In this document: positions 9,363 through 18,300 of the stretch, piece after piece | Position numbering within the stretch: the stretch's first letter is position 1 | How the letters are laid out: every line of letters begins with the position of its first letter | NCBI GenBank assembly: GCA_045633865.1 | Contig: JAZQZD010000021.1 | Location: 2,915 to 66,914, forward strand | DNA length: 64,000 bases | Origin: Candidatus Enterocola sp. | GTDB taxonomy: Bacteria; Bacteroidota; Bacteroidia; Bacteroidales; Paludibacteraceae | Direction of reading: 5' to 3' | Program-made: the position numbers and the translations under genes | The notes under the pieces: generated by a model | What the model was told of the DNA's origin: nothing | Databases searched by the model: none | Seen by the model: only the letters and a program-made list of their open reading frames with translations

Positions 9363-11021
9363 ATGAAAAATTACGAACTTTCTACTAGAACCCTTGGAGA
9401 ATGGGTAGAATATTGGGCTGAGCAGACTCCTGACAAGGATTATATTGTGTATGCAGACCGTGGTCTTCGTTTCACATGGAAGGAGTTCAACGAACGTGTA
9501 AACCACCTTGCTAAAGGTATGCTTGCTATTGGCATTGAAAAGGGTACTCACGTGGGTCTTTGGGCTACTAATGTGCCAGACTGGTTGACTTTCCTTTATG
9601 CTTGTGCGCGTATTGGTGCTGTTTGCGTGACTGTGAACACCAATTATAAACAAAACGAGCTTGAGTATCTTTGCGAACACTCAGATATGCATACTCTTTG
9701 TATCATTGATGGTACTTGGGATTGCGACTATGTGGATATGACATACAAAATGCTTCCTGAACTTAAAACTTGCCAACGTGGTAAGTTAAACAGCGAGCGT
9801 TTCCCTAAGATGAAAAATGTGATCTACATAGGTCAAGAAAAACATCGTGGTATGTACAATACTGCTGAGATACTTCTTCTTGGTAGTTCTATTTCTGATG
9901 ATAAACTAAACGAAGCTAAAGCTAACGTAAATTGTCACGACGTGGTGAATATGCAATACACTTCTGGAACAACTGGTTTTCCAAAGGGTGTGATGCTTAC
10001 TCACTACAATATTTCAAACGATGGTTTCTTTACTGGCGAACACATGAAGTTTACTTCTGATGACAAACTTTGCGTGTGTGTGCCTCTTTTCCACTGCTTT
10101 GGTGTGGTGCTTGCTACTATGAACTGTTTGACACATGGTTGTACACAGGTGATGGTAGAAAAATTTGACCCTCTTGTAGTGCTTGCTTCTGTGCATCAAG
10201 AACGTTGTACTGCCCTTTATGGTGTGCCTACAATGTTTATTGCGGAGCTAAACCACCCTATGTTTAATATGTTTGACTTAACTTGTCTGCGCACAGGTAT
10301 TATGGCAGGTTCGCTTTGTCCTGTGGAGCTAATGCGTCAGGTGAGCGACAAAATGCATATGACTATTACTTCTGTGTATGGCTTAACAGAAACTTCTCCT
10401 GGTATGACTCAAACTACTGTGGAGGATAGTTTTGAAAAACGTTGTACTACTGTGGGTCGTGATTATCCTTTTGTGGAAGTGCAAGTAATAGACCCAGAAA
10501 CTGGCGAGATTTGTCCTCCTGGGGTGCAAGGCGAAATGTGTTGCCGTGGCTTCAATGTGATGAAGGGTTATTATAAAAACGAAAAGGCGACTGCGGAAAT
10601 TATCGACGCTAATGGATTCCTTCACTCTGGCGACCTTGGCGTGAAAGACGAAGATGGATATTACCGCATTACTGGTCGTATCAAGGATATGATTATTCGT
10701 GGTGGTGAAAATATTTACCCTCGCGAAATTGAGGAATTCCTTTATCACCTAGAGGGTGTGAGCGACGTGCAAGTAGCTGCTGTGCCTTCTAAAAAATATG
10801 GTGAGGAAGTGGGTGCGTTCATTATCCTTAAAGAAGGTGCTAAACTTGAACCAGAAGACGTGCGCGACTTCTGCAAGGGCAAAATTGCTCGTTACAAGAT
10901 TCCTAAATATGTGTTCTTTGTGGATAGTTTCCCTCTTACTGGTAGTGGCAAAATCCAAAAGTACAAACTTAAAGAACTAAGCCTTCAACTTTGTGCTGAA
11001 CAAGGGATTGAGGTGATATAG
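9363..11021 (+). CDS. AMP-binding acyl-CoA synthetase (fatty-acid--CoA ligase family)
   Basis: Adenylate-forming core motifs [53 protein letters not shown] and C-terminal GKIQK. Confidence 0.9.
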   Translation: MKNYELSTRTLGEWVEYWAEQTPDKDYIVYADRGLRFTWKEFNERVNHLAKGMLAIGIEKGTHVGLWATNVPDWLTFLYACARIGAVCVTVNTNYKQNELEYLCEHSDMHTLCIIDGTWDCDYVDMTYKMLPELKTCQRGKLNSERFPKMKNVIYIGQEKHRGMYNTAEILLLGSSISDDKLNEAKANVNCHDVVNMQYTSGTTGFPKGVMLTHYNISNDGFFTGEHMKFTSDDKLCVCVPLFHCFGVVLATMNCLTHGCTQVMVEKFDPLVVLASVHQERCTALYGVPTMFIAELNHPMFNMFDLTCLRTGIMAGSLCPVELMRQVSDKMHMTITSVYGLTETSPGMTQTTVEDSFEKRCTTVGRDYPFVEVQVIDPETGEICPPGVQGEMCCRGFNVMKGYYKNEKATAEIIDANGFLHSGDLGVKDEDGYYRITGRIKDMIIRGGENIYPREIEEFLYHLEGVSDVQVAAVPSKKYGEEVGAFIILKEGAKLEPEDVRDFCKGKIARYKIPKYVFFVDSFPLTGSGKIQKYKLKELSLQLCAEQGIEVI

Positions 11022-11056
11022 GTTGCAAAACCAAATCAAATTAAATCAAATACATT

Positions 11057-13576
11057 ATGAAAAAGTTATTACTTCTTATTGCGTCGCTTATTGCTTCGCT
11101 ATGTGCGTTCGCACAGGTTACTACCGACCCTGCGGTGATTCCATTGGGATACAAAGGCAAGATTGTGGTAACATTCGACCCTACTGGCACTCCTATGGCA
11201 GGTCAAACAACTTGCTATGCTCATACAGGTGCTACTACTACAGAAAAGGGAAACTGGACTTGTGCTCCTGCTTGGAAAACAAACACCGACAAATACAAAA
11301 TGACCAAGTCTGGAACAAAATGGGTGCTTACCATAGACGACCTTTACAGCTATTACGACTGTGCTAAAAGTATGGAAATCACTGGTTTGAACTTTGTGTT
11401 CCGCAACCAAGCAGCAACTGCTCAATCTGGCGACATTCTTTATCCTTTTGGCTTTGAAGACAAAGCTCCTACTACAAAAGTTCGTCCTAATGGCATTACA
11501 GAAGGTATTTTCTACGATGCCGCAGACCCTACAAAAGTGACTGTTTCACTTCAAGTGCCTCCAAGTAAATCTAATGTTACTGCAAAAAATGTTTACATTC
11601 TTTGCGAAGCAAATCATTGGAGTTTCAACAACAATTATCAATGTTATAAAGATGGCAACTATTTCTGGTACACCTTTACTGGCTTAACTGCTGGCAAGGA
11701 ATATGCTTTCCAATATGGCGTGAAAATGAGCAACGGTTCTTTTGTGCAAATTTCAGACCCATATTCTACAAAGGTGCTTCACCCAGACGACAAATGGGAA
11801 CCAAAACAAGTAGATCCTACTCTTATGGACTATCCAAATGGTGGTAATGGTTATGTAACTGTTATTCAACCAGGTAAAAAAGCTTTTCAATGGAGCGATG
11901 CTACCAAAAACTTCAAACGTCCAGATAAAAACAACCTTGTTATTTACGAAGTTTGGCCTTATATTTTCGCTAGTCAACGTAGTTTTAAAGCTATGCTTAC
12001 TCGTTTAGACTACTTTGAAAACCTTGGTGTGAATGCTATTGAATTTATGCCTCTTTGCGAGTTCGACGGCAACTTAAGCTGGGGTTATGCTCCAAACCAC
12101 TATTTTGCGTTGGATAAAGCATACGGTAGCGAAGAAGATTTCAAAACACTTGTTGACGAATGTCACAAACGTGGTATTGCTGTGATTGTGGATATGGTGT
12201 ACAACCATGCTACTGGCAACTGTTCTCACGAAAAACTTTATGGAGGCTATGGTAACTTAAAGGACAATCCATATTTCAATGTGAAGGCTCCTCATGGTGC
12301 GGCTGTGTTTGAAGACTGGAACCACGACTATGCTCCTGTAAAAAATTACTTAACAAATGCGTTGAAATTTTGGCTTACAGAATATAAAGTGGATGGTTTC
12401 CGTATGGACCTTTCTCATGGCCTTTGTGGTCCAAACTGTAACTCTCGATCGGCTAATATCAATTACTACTACAACAATGGGGTGAAAGCTGTGGCAAGTG
12501 ATGCTTACTTCATTCTTGAACACTGGGAAGGTATGGAAGAACGCGGTGGTTATGTAAACAATGGTATGATGTGTTGGGAAAATACCAACAACAACTACAT
12601 GCAACTTGCTATGGGTTGGTTGAAAGATGGTGATGCACTTGATGGGGCAAACAGAGACGGTTATGTGAGTTATACATCGTCTCACGACGAACAACGCCCT
12701 TTCTGGAAGGCTAAAAAATATGGTAATGGCTCTATTGCAACAAATGAAGCTACACGTTTGAGTCGTATTGCTGCTACTGTGGGTATGTGTGCTATGCTAA
12801 ATGGTCCTCAAATGTTCTATATGTTTGACGAAATTGGCTACGACTATTCTTTCTGCTCAAATGCTACTGGCACTGCAGGTGACAAAGACAAACCTGCATA
12901 TGGAGAGCCAACAACAGGATGTTACGACCTAGACCCTAAACCTATTCCAGAGGTGAAAGGCTGGTATACCAATGCAAATCGTATGAACCAATATCAAAAA
13001 CTTGGTCAATTGATACAACTTCGTACCAAACTTGCTCCTTCTGTTTTTGCTGGCAACCCTGCATCATCAGATTTAGCTAGTGGCAAACAACTTCGTAGCA
13101 TTATCTATGGTAGTGGAAACTCACGCATCTTTATTATTGCAAACTTTGGTACAACTGCCAAATCATTTACCTTGCCTACAGGCAATAGTTGGTACGACTA
13201 TCTTGCTGGAAGCCCTTCTCAACTTGCCGCAGGAAAATCTATTAGCCTTGCCGCAGGCGACATCAAAGCATACACAGCTACAAAATATGCTCTTCCAGAT
13301 GTGCCAAACGCATACGCATTCGTAGGCATTGAAGACGTGGAAGCAGAAGAAATGGCTAAATCTTCTATCTATCCTTCTATCACTTCAGACTTTGTGAAAA
13401 TAGATGCAGAAGAAGCAATCTCTGATGTTCAGGTAGTAGCACTTTCTGGTGCAATGTATTCTCCAAAATACACAGAAGAAGGCGTGGTGGATGTTACCTC
13501 TCTAGAAGAAGGCCTATATCTTCTAGTAGTTCGCTTCCAAACATACGAAAGAGCATTCAAGTTTATAAAAGAATAA
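11057..13576 (+). CDS. GH13 alpha-amylase-family glycoside hydrolase with a T9SS C-terminal sorting domain
   Basis: Signal peptide MKKLLLLIASLIASLCAFA. GH13 regions VDMVYNHA, GFRMDLSHG, EHWE and SSHDE. C-terminus SIYPSITSDFVKI...VTSLEEGLYLLVVRFQTYERAFKFIKE is typical of a T9SS CTD. Confidence 0.9.
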   Translation: MKKLLLLIASLIASLCAFAQVTTDPAVIPLGYKGKIVVTFDPTGTPMAGQTTCYAHTGATTTEKGNWTCAPAWKTNTDKYKMTKSGTKWVLTIDDLYSYYDCAKSMEITGLNFVFRNQAATAQSGDILYPFGFEDKAPTTKVRPNGITEGIFYDAADPTKVTVSLQVPPSKSNVTAKNVYILCEANHWSFNNNYQCYKDGNYFWYTFTGLTAGKEYAFQYGVKMSNGSFVQISDPYSTKVLHPDDKWEPKQVDPTLMDYPNGGNGYVTVIQPGKKAFQWSDATKNFKRPDKNNLVIYEVWPYIFASQRSFKAMLTRLDYFENLGVNAIEFMPLCEFDGNLSWGYAPNHYFALDKAYGSEEDFKTLVDECHKRGIAVIVDMVYNHATGNCSHEKLYGGYGNLKDNPYFNVKAPHGAAVFEDWNHDYAPVKNYLTNALKFWLTEYKVDGFRMDLSHGLCGPNCNSRSANINYYYNNGVKAVASDAYFILEHWEGMEERGGYVNNGMMCWENTNNNYMQLAMGWLKDGDALDGANRDGYVSYTSSHDEQRPFWKAKKYGNGSIATNEATRLSRIAATVGMCAMLNGPQMFYMFDEIGYDYSFCSNATGTAGDKDKPAYGEPTTGCYDLDPKPIPEVKGWYTNANRMNQYQKLGQLIQLRTKLAPSVFAGNPASSDLASGKQLRSIIYGSGNSRIFIIANFGTTAKSFTLPTGNSWYDYLAGSPSQLAAGKSISLAAGDIKAYTATKYALPDVPNAYAFVGIEDVEAEEMAKSSIYPSITSDFVKIDAEEAISDVQVVALSGAMYSPKYTEEGVVDVTSLEEGLYLLVVRFQTYERAFKFIKE

Positions 13577-13603
13577 AATTGGTTCTTAGGAATAAAGATT
13601 ACT

Positions 13604-13701
13604 ATAATAAAAGTTTAACATAAGTACAATTAATTTATCTAAACCTCCCACTGCCCTGCAGGGAATGAGATTATGTTCTCACCCGTGGGGCAGTGGTGTG
13701 T
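13604..13701 (+). repeat. ~100-bp long-hairpin intergenic element (terminator-like), copy 2 of 3
   Basis: Near-identical to 26291..26388 over its length (ataataaa..tttaacataagtacaattaattt.tctaaacctc.cactgccctgc...gggcagtggtgtgtt). The stem actgccc/gggcagt is extended by wobble and compensated pairs. Confidence 0.7.
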
Positions 13702-13752
13702 TTGGGGAAATTATTTTATTTATTGCAGATTTGGTTTAAAAAATTTTTTTTG

Positions 13753-13760
13753 TAATTTTG
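13753..13760 (+). promoter_or_regulatory. -7 box (TAATTTTG) for the 13797 gene
   Basis: TAnnTTTG match 37 nt upstream of the ATG. Confidence 0.4.
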
Positions 13761-13796
13761 TAAATAAAATAACGTGAAATAAGTATAATTAATTGT

Positions 13797-14435
13797 ATGA
13801 CAGATGGAATATTTGAATCAATTTCACAGGGAATCAGTAGAGAGAAAACTCAGGAAAATAGAAGAATTCAAGAAATCGCCGATGAACTCAGAAGACGCTG
13901 TTGCATATATGAGAAGAAATATGGAACTAGCAGCTCAAATGTAAGCATAGTACTAGAAAGAAAAGTTGCAGAAGAATTTGCTTCTGAGTTAGACCTATGG
14001 TTGCCAGTTAAACAAATGTTCGAAATAGGGGAACCAGGTCCATCTGGTAATGAGAATGATACTTATATTAAGCAAGAACATATTTACAAAGTTAATAACT
14101 TATTAAATAGTCAAGGAAGTGTCATACGACTATTTGATAAGGTAATACTACATAATACAATTTTCCCAGAAACTTCATACACATTTTATAAATTCACAGG
14201 ATTTAAGGGTAGTTCTATTATGCCAATATTTAGGCAAAATTTTATAAAGAACTCTTCTCCCGCTACTCAAATAGAGATTACCACGTATATGGCGGCTCTA
14301 GGCTTTGAATCTACAGAAAAGAAGGGCTGTTATACAAATTCTAAATATAAAGTTTGGGATGTGCTTCCTAGAAATGTTTTAAAGGATAAGGATGGTGATA
14401 TTTTCGTAATAGATGCAGAAATAGAATTATTATAA
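13797..14435 (+). CDS. Hypothetical protein; possibly a stand-alone small atypical kinase-fold domain of the type fused to polyvalent proteins of mobile elements
   Basis: ATG start with its own -7 box and a strong terminator. GNENDTYIK...IYKVNN (Gly-rich/ATP-site-like), HNTIFPETSY, and DVLPRNVLKDKDGDIFVIDAE (D-x4-N catalytic-loop-like plus a VID metal-binding-like motif). The function is an inference from recalled family patterns. Confidence 0.45.
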   Translation: MTDGIFESISQGISREKTQENRRIQEIADELRRRCCIYEKKYGTSSSNVSIVLERKVAEEFASELDLWLPVKQMFEIGEPGPSGNENDTYIKQEHIYKVNNLLNSQGSVIRLFDKVILHNTIFPETSYTFYKFTGFKGSSIMPIFRQNFIKNSSPATQIEITTYMAALGFESTEKKGCYTNSKYKVWDVLPRNVLKDKDGDIFVIDAEIELL

Positions 14436-14447
14436 TTTCTCAGTTTA

Positions 14448-14512
14448 AGCGAAAACGACCTAAGTTCGAGTGAAAACGACCTAAGTTCAGGCAAAAACGA
14501 CCTAAGTTTGAG
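14448..14512 (+). repeat. Three tandem 21-bp direct repeats (core GAAAACGACCTAAGTTC)
   Basis: Cores at 14451..14467, 14472..14488 and 14493..14509 (the last as aaaaacgacctaagttt), with an exact 21-nt period. They lie between the stop codon at 14433..14435 and the terminator. Confidence 0.85.
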
Positions 14513-14524
14513 TGTAGAACTTTT

Positions 14525-14580
14525 AGCGTTAAGTGTTAATATATTTAACATTTGACGCTATTTTTTTGTCTTTTTTTTTT
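14525..14580 (+). terminator. Rho-independent terminator (15-bp stem with 2 G.U pairs, then a T7..T10 tract)
   Basis: agcgttaagtgttaa / ttaacatttgacgct inverted repeat with a 5-nt loop, followed by atttttttgtctttttttttt. Confidence 0.8.
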
Positions 14581-14685
14581 AACATTTCCTCCCTTCTTTA
14601 CCCCCTCTTTTTACCCTCAAAACCTGTTCCATTTTAACGGCCGTTTGATTAATTAGTGTATTCGACATAAAACAAAGATATAGCA

Positions 14686-15327
14686 ATGAAAGAATTACCT
14701 TCTTTTATGATAGACTCAACCTTAACAGACGGTAGGGCAGAAACTATAATTGATTTTATGTTGTCGTGGTGCATAAGGTGTGCATCCATAGAGTACAAGG
14801 TGGAAGAGTACAAGATATTTCACAATTATTGCCGAAATATCCTAGCGAAATTGTTGGGAATTGAAAAGATAAACGATGATATACAATTTCAAAATATCCA
14901 AGTATGGAAAGGATGCCAATACATAGACTTGTGGGTAGAGTTGGAAGTAAAAGAAAATGAGCAAATAAACAAACATGCCATACTAATTGAGGATAAATAT
15001 TACGGACCATTAAGACAATGTAAAGATGACGACGGGGAGTATAGAAATCAATTGTTTGTATATAAAAAGAGGTTTGATGCGCATTACGAATCGGTTCGCA
15101 AAGAACAAGAAAAAAAAGGTCTAAAGCCAGAAGTTTGGCTTCCGCATTATGCACTAGTAACCTGTATTAAAAAGGAACCCCAAAAATTTGCGATATACGA
15201 CGCAGCAGGCGATTTAGGTTTTAATAAGTTCTACATAAAAGAACTTTTAGGTGAAATAAATAACAATCCAGCAGAAACCGAGAGTGACATATTCAATGAA
15301 TTCTGGTTCAGGTGGTTAAGCGACTAA
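14686..15327 (+). CDS. Hypothetical protein with a PD-(D/E)XK nuclease-like motif
   Basis: ATG start. YIDLWVELEV ... HAILIEDKYY gives a D ... E-x-K arrangement on predicted adjacent strands, as in PD-(D/E)XK nucleases. I recognise no other family. Confidence 0.45.
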   Translation: MKELPSFMIDSTLTDGRAETIIDFMLSWCIRCASIEYKVEEYKIFHNYCRNILAKLLGIEKINDDIQFQNIQVWKGCQYIDLWVELEVKENEQINKHAILIEDKYYGPLRQCKDDDGEYRNQLFVYKKRFDAHYESVRKEQEKKGLKPEVWLPHYALVTCIKKEPQKFAIYDAAGDLGFNKFYIKELLGEINNNPAETESDIFNEFWFRWLSD

Positions 15328-15370
15328 ATAAAGAGAAATACAAAACAAAATAATTAAAAACAACATACTT

Positions 15371-18300
15371 ATGAAAAATTTTACAAACAATTTTAAACAA
15401 TTTACCTCGCGCCTAAGCGCAAGGTGGCTTATTTTGGCCCTAATGATGCTTGTTGGAACAAGTAGTGCGTGGGCTAAAATATTTTATTCAGGAGACATTA
15501 TTTATGTAGATGCAACTGATTGCTCATGGTATGAGGGCGATGGATGTAATGCTTCAATATATTTTTGGGGAACAAATACCACTGGGCCTACTCACATGAC
15601 TAGAATTGCTGAAAGAATATACTCTTACACATTCACTAGTCAAATGAATGTAAGTAATTTTAAAGTATTTAGACAACCTACATCAAGTTCTGGTTGGGAT
15701 AATCAATATAATGGATTTGAAGGAAACTTTGATTCAATGGGTTCACATAATACTATCAAGGTAAACTCAAGCAGTAATGGTTTCTCTTGGTCTACCTACA
15801 CCCCTCCTTGCACTCCTCCAACATTAACATTAACAACAACATCTGCTACTGTTAACAAAGGAGAAACTGTTAACCTAACTACGTTGTCGGTAGCAACAGC
15901 AAGTAATGGTGGTACGATAGAATGGTCTACTAGTACAACTGGAAGCCCTGTAATTGATGCGAATGTCACTATATCTGCAACTAAAACATATTATGCAAAG
16001 GCAGTAAAAGACGGTTGTAAATCTGCTTCAAAATCTATTACAATTACAGCTGCTTGTTCAAAAGACTTCTATTTAGTAGGTTCTGATGCCACACTTTTTG
16101 GTACCGCATGGGAACCAAAAATTGAAGCAAATAAAATGGTTTGTGATCTAAATACATTAACAAAAACATATACAAATATAACTGTTGCTGCAAATACAAC
16201 AATAGAATATAAATATACAGGTTCAAGTGGTTGGGGAGATGCAGAATACCCTTCAAGTGGTAATGCATCATTTACAATTCCAACTGCAGGAACTTACAAT
16301 ATTACATTTACAGCTACCACTGATGGCAGTAAAATTACTGGTACTCCAGCTGTCACTTGGGAACAATCTTGCACCTCTGCTAAAGTAACTATATCAGATT
16401 GGAATATTTCAACTTTGTGCCCTGGTTCTTCTGGAACATTTAAATACACAGCTGCTCAAGGAGTTACTGTAACATGGGAAATGAATGAAAACAATAGTGA
16501 CTACGCAATAGTTTCGGACAATGGAACAGTAACTATTACATATAAAGGAACTTCTACTACAAATTCAAATAAACTGTTATATACTGTTTCAGGTGATGGC
16601 ATTTGTCCAGAAGAAGATGTAGATTCTAAAAAAACAATTTCTACAGCGGCTAAACCATCAATTTCTGCGTTGTCAGACCCAACTCAGACTATTTGCGATG
16701 GCACTAATGCTACTTTAACTGTAACTTCAGGCAAAGGAACCTACAATTGGGTAAGTTCTAATGGAGGAGAAGAAATAACATTAACTTCTAACTCTGTGCC
16801 AGTTAGTATAGCAGGAACATATACTGTTACTGCGACACAAAATGGTTGCGAAAGCGAACCTATTGAATTTACAGTTTCAGTAACTCCTGTTCCTGCCATT
16901 AACGATTTTGATATTACTCTTCCAAATAATCCAACATACAATGGTAGGCCACAAAATGCAATTGTAACTCCTAAGAATGGAATTACAGGTATGGGAGATG
17001 TAAATATTAGTTATTATAAAGGAGGTCAAAAAACAGACCCAATTAATGCAGGCGAATACACAGTAAAAATCTCTGTTGCAGCAGGTGACTCTTATTGTGC
17101 AATGGACGAGACAGAAATCGGCACATTCACTATCAACAAAGCAGATCAAACAACCGCATTAACTATTACTGCTTCTACAAATATCTGTGGCAAAGAAGCT
17201 ACATTCTCTGTAACTGGTGGCGATGGTACAGGAGATTACTCATATTCATTAGATAAAAATGATGCGGGAGTTTCATTAAATGGCACTACATTAACTGCTA
17301 CACAAAATGGCTCTGTTACTTTAAAAGTAAAAAAACTAGGTGACACAAACTATAATGATTCACAAGAAACAACAAAAGAGTTCAACTTCACAATGCCAAT
17401 TGAGAATGTAGAATTGGCCATTATAGAAGGTGAAAGTGCAACTGGTAAGTATTGTGTTGGACACCAAATCAAGTTCCAATTAACATACACTGGTTCTACT
17501 CCTACTTTTGATACAGAAAACTTCAGTTGGATTTTAGATAATTTTGAGTCTGAAATAAGCAATAATGTTGGAGGTATTGCATCTGGTGCAACATGGACAA
17601 CTACATTAGGTGCAAATGACACATCTTTAAAATTAAAATTAAAAGATTGCAACGGAAGTTGGAAAGAATCTACACCTATTACATTTGAGGTATATGAACG
17701 TCCAAGTGCTCCTGTATTTAATCCAAACTCTATTACAGTTTGCCAAGGTCAACCATTTACACTTCCTGGATCAGAAGCAGAAGGTTATATCTGGAGCGAT
17801 GCAACAGGCAAACCAACCACACCAAATAAGCCAAATGGTATAGATGCTACTGCAGAGTACTACGCTGTAATTAGCTTTGGTTGCCCTTCTGATGCAACTT
17901 TGTATACTGTCAATGTAAATAAGATTCCTACAATAACAGGTGCTTCTGTAACACAAACAAATAAAGAGATTACTTTGGAATCAGCTGCAGGTGCAGACAC
18001 AGAGTGGTCTGTAAGTCCTACAGAAAACGTAACATTAACAGATAATCGTGATGGCACTGCCACATTTGTTGCTACAGCAAATGGCGACTACACCATCACT
18101 GCTTCAAATGGTGTTTGTGCTCCTGTTTCTCACACAATCAAAGTTAGTGACGCCTTCTACATTTGGGTGCGTAATGCGAAAGAAAGTGATACTGCATATG
18201 GTCAGTTTTACTATCCTAACGAGAACTCAGAAGCAGTTCGTGGTGGTGCTATGTTCTATGCAGAATGCGATGCTCTTCCAACTAAAGACAATTATACCAC

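Noticed and set aside
11023-11367. 114-aa ORF overlapping the start of the GH13 gene in another frame.
   Set aside because: The GH13 frame begins with a canonical signal peptide at the ATG at 11057 and continues for 839 aa. The alternative frame is Cys/Tyr/Arg-rich with no motifs.
14448-14512. Possible CRISPR array, considering the 21-bp repeats here and the heptamer arrays elsewhere.
   Set aside because: The repeats are directly adjacent with no unique spacers, are far shorter than CRISPR repeats, and there are no cas genes in the window.
14330-14551. Minus-strand 73-aa ORF with a repetitive LRSFSLELRSFSL sequence.
   Set aside because: It is the translation of the three 21-bp direct repeats and of the terminator. 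There is no independent support for coding.
14585-14618. A polypyrimidine tract (tttcctcccttctttaccccctctttttaccctc), with GGAGG on the opposite strand next to an ATG.
   Set aside because: The minus-strand ATG opens only a ~13-codon ORF with an SD spacing of 2 nt. The tract lies just past a terminator, and I have no evidence of function beyond its composition.
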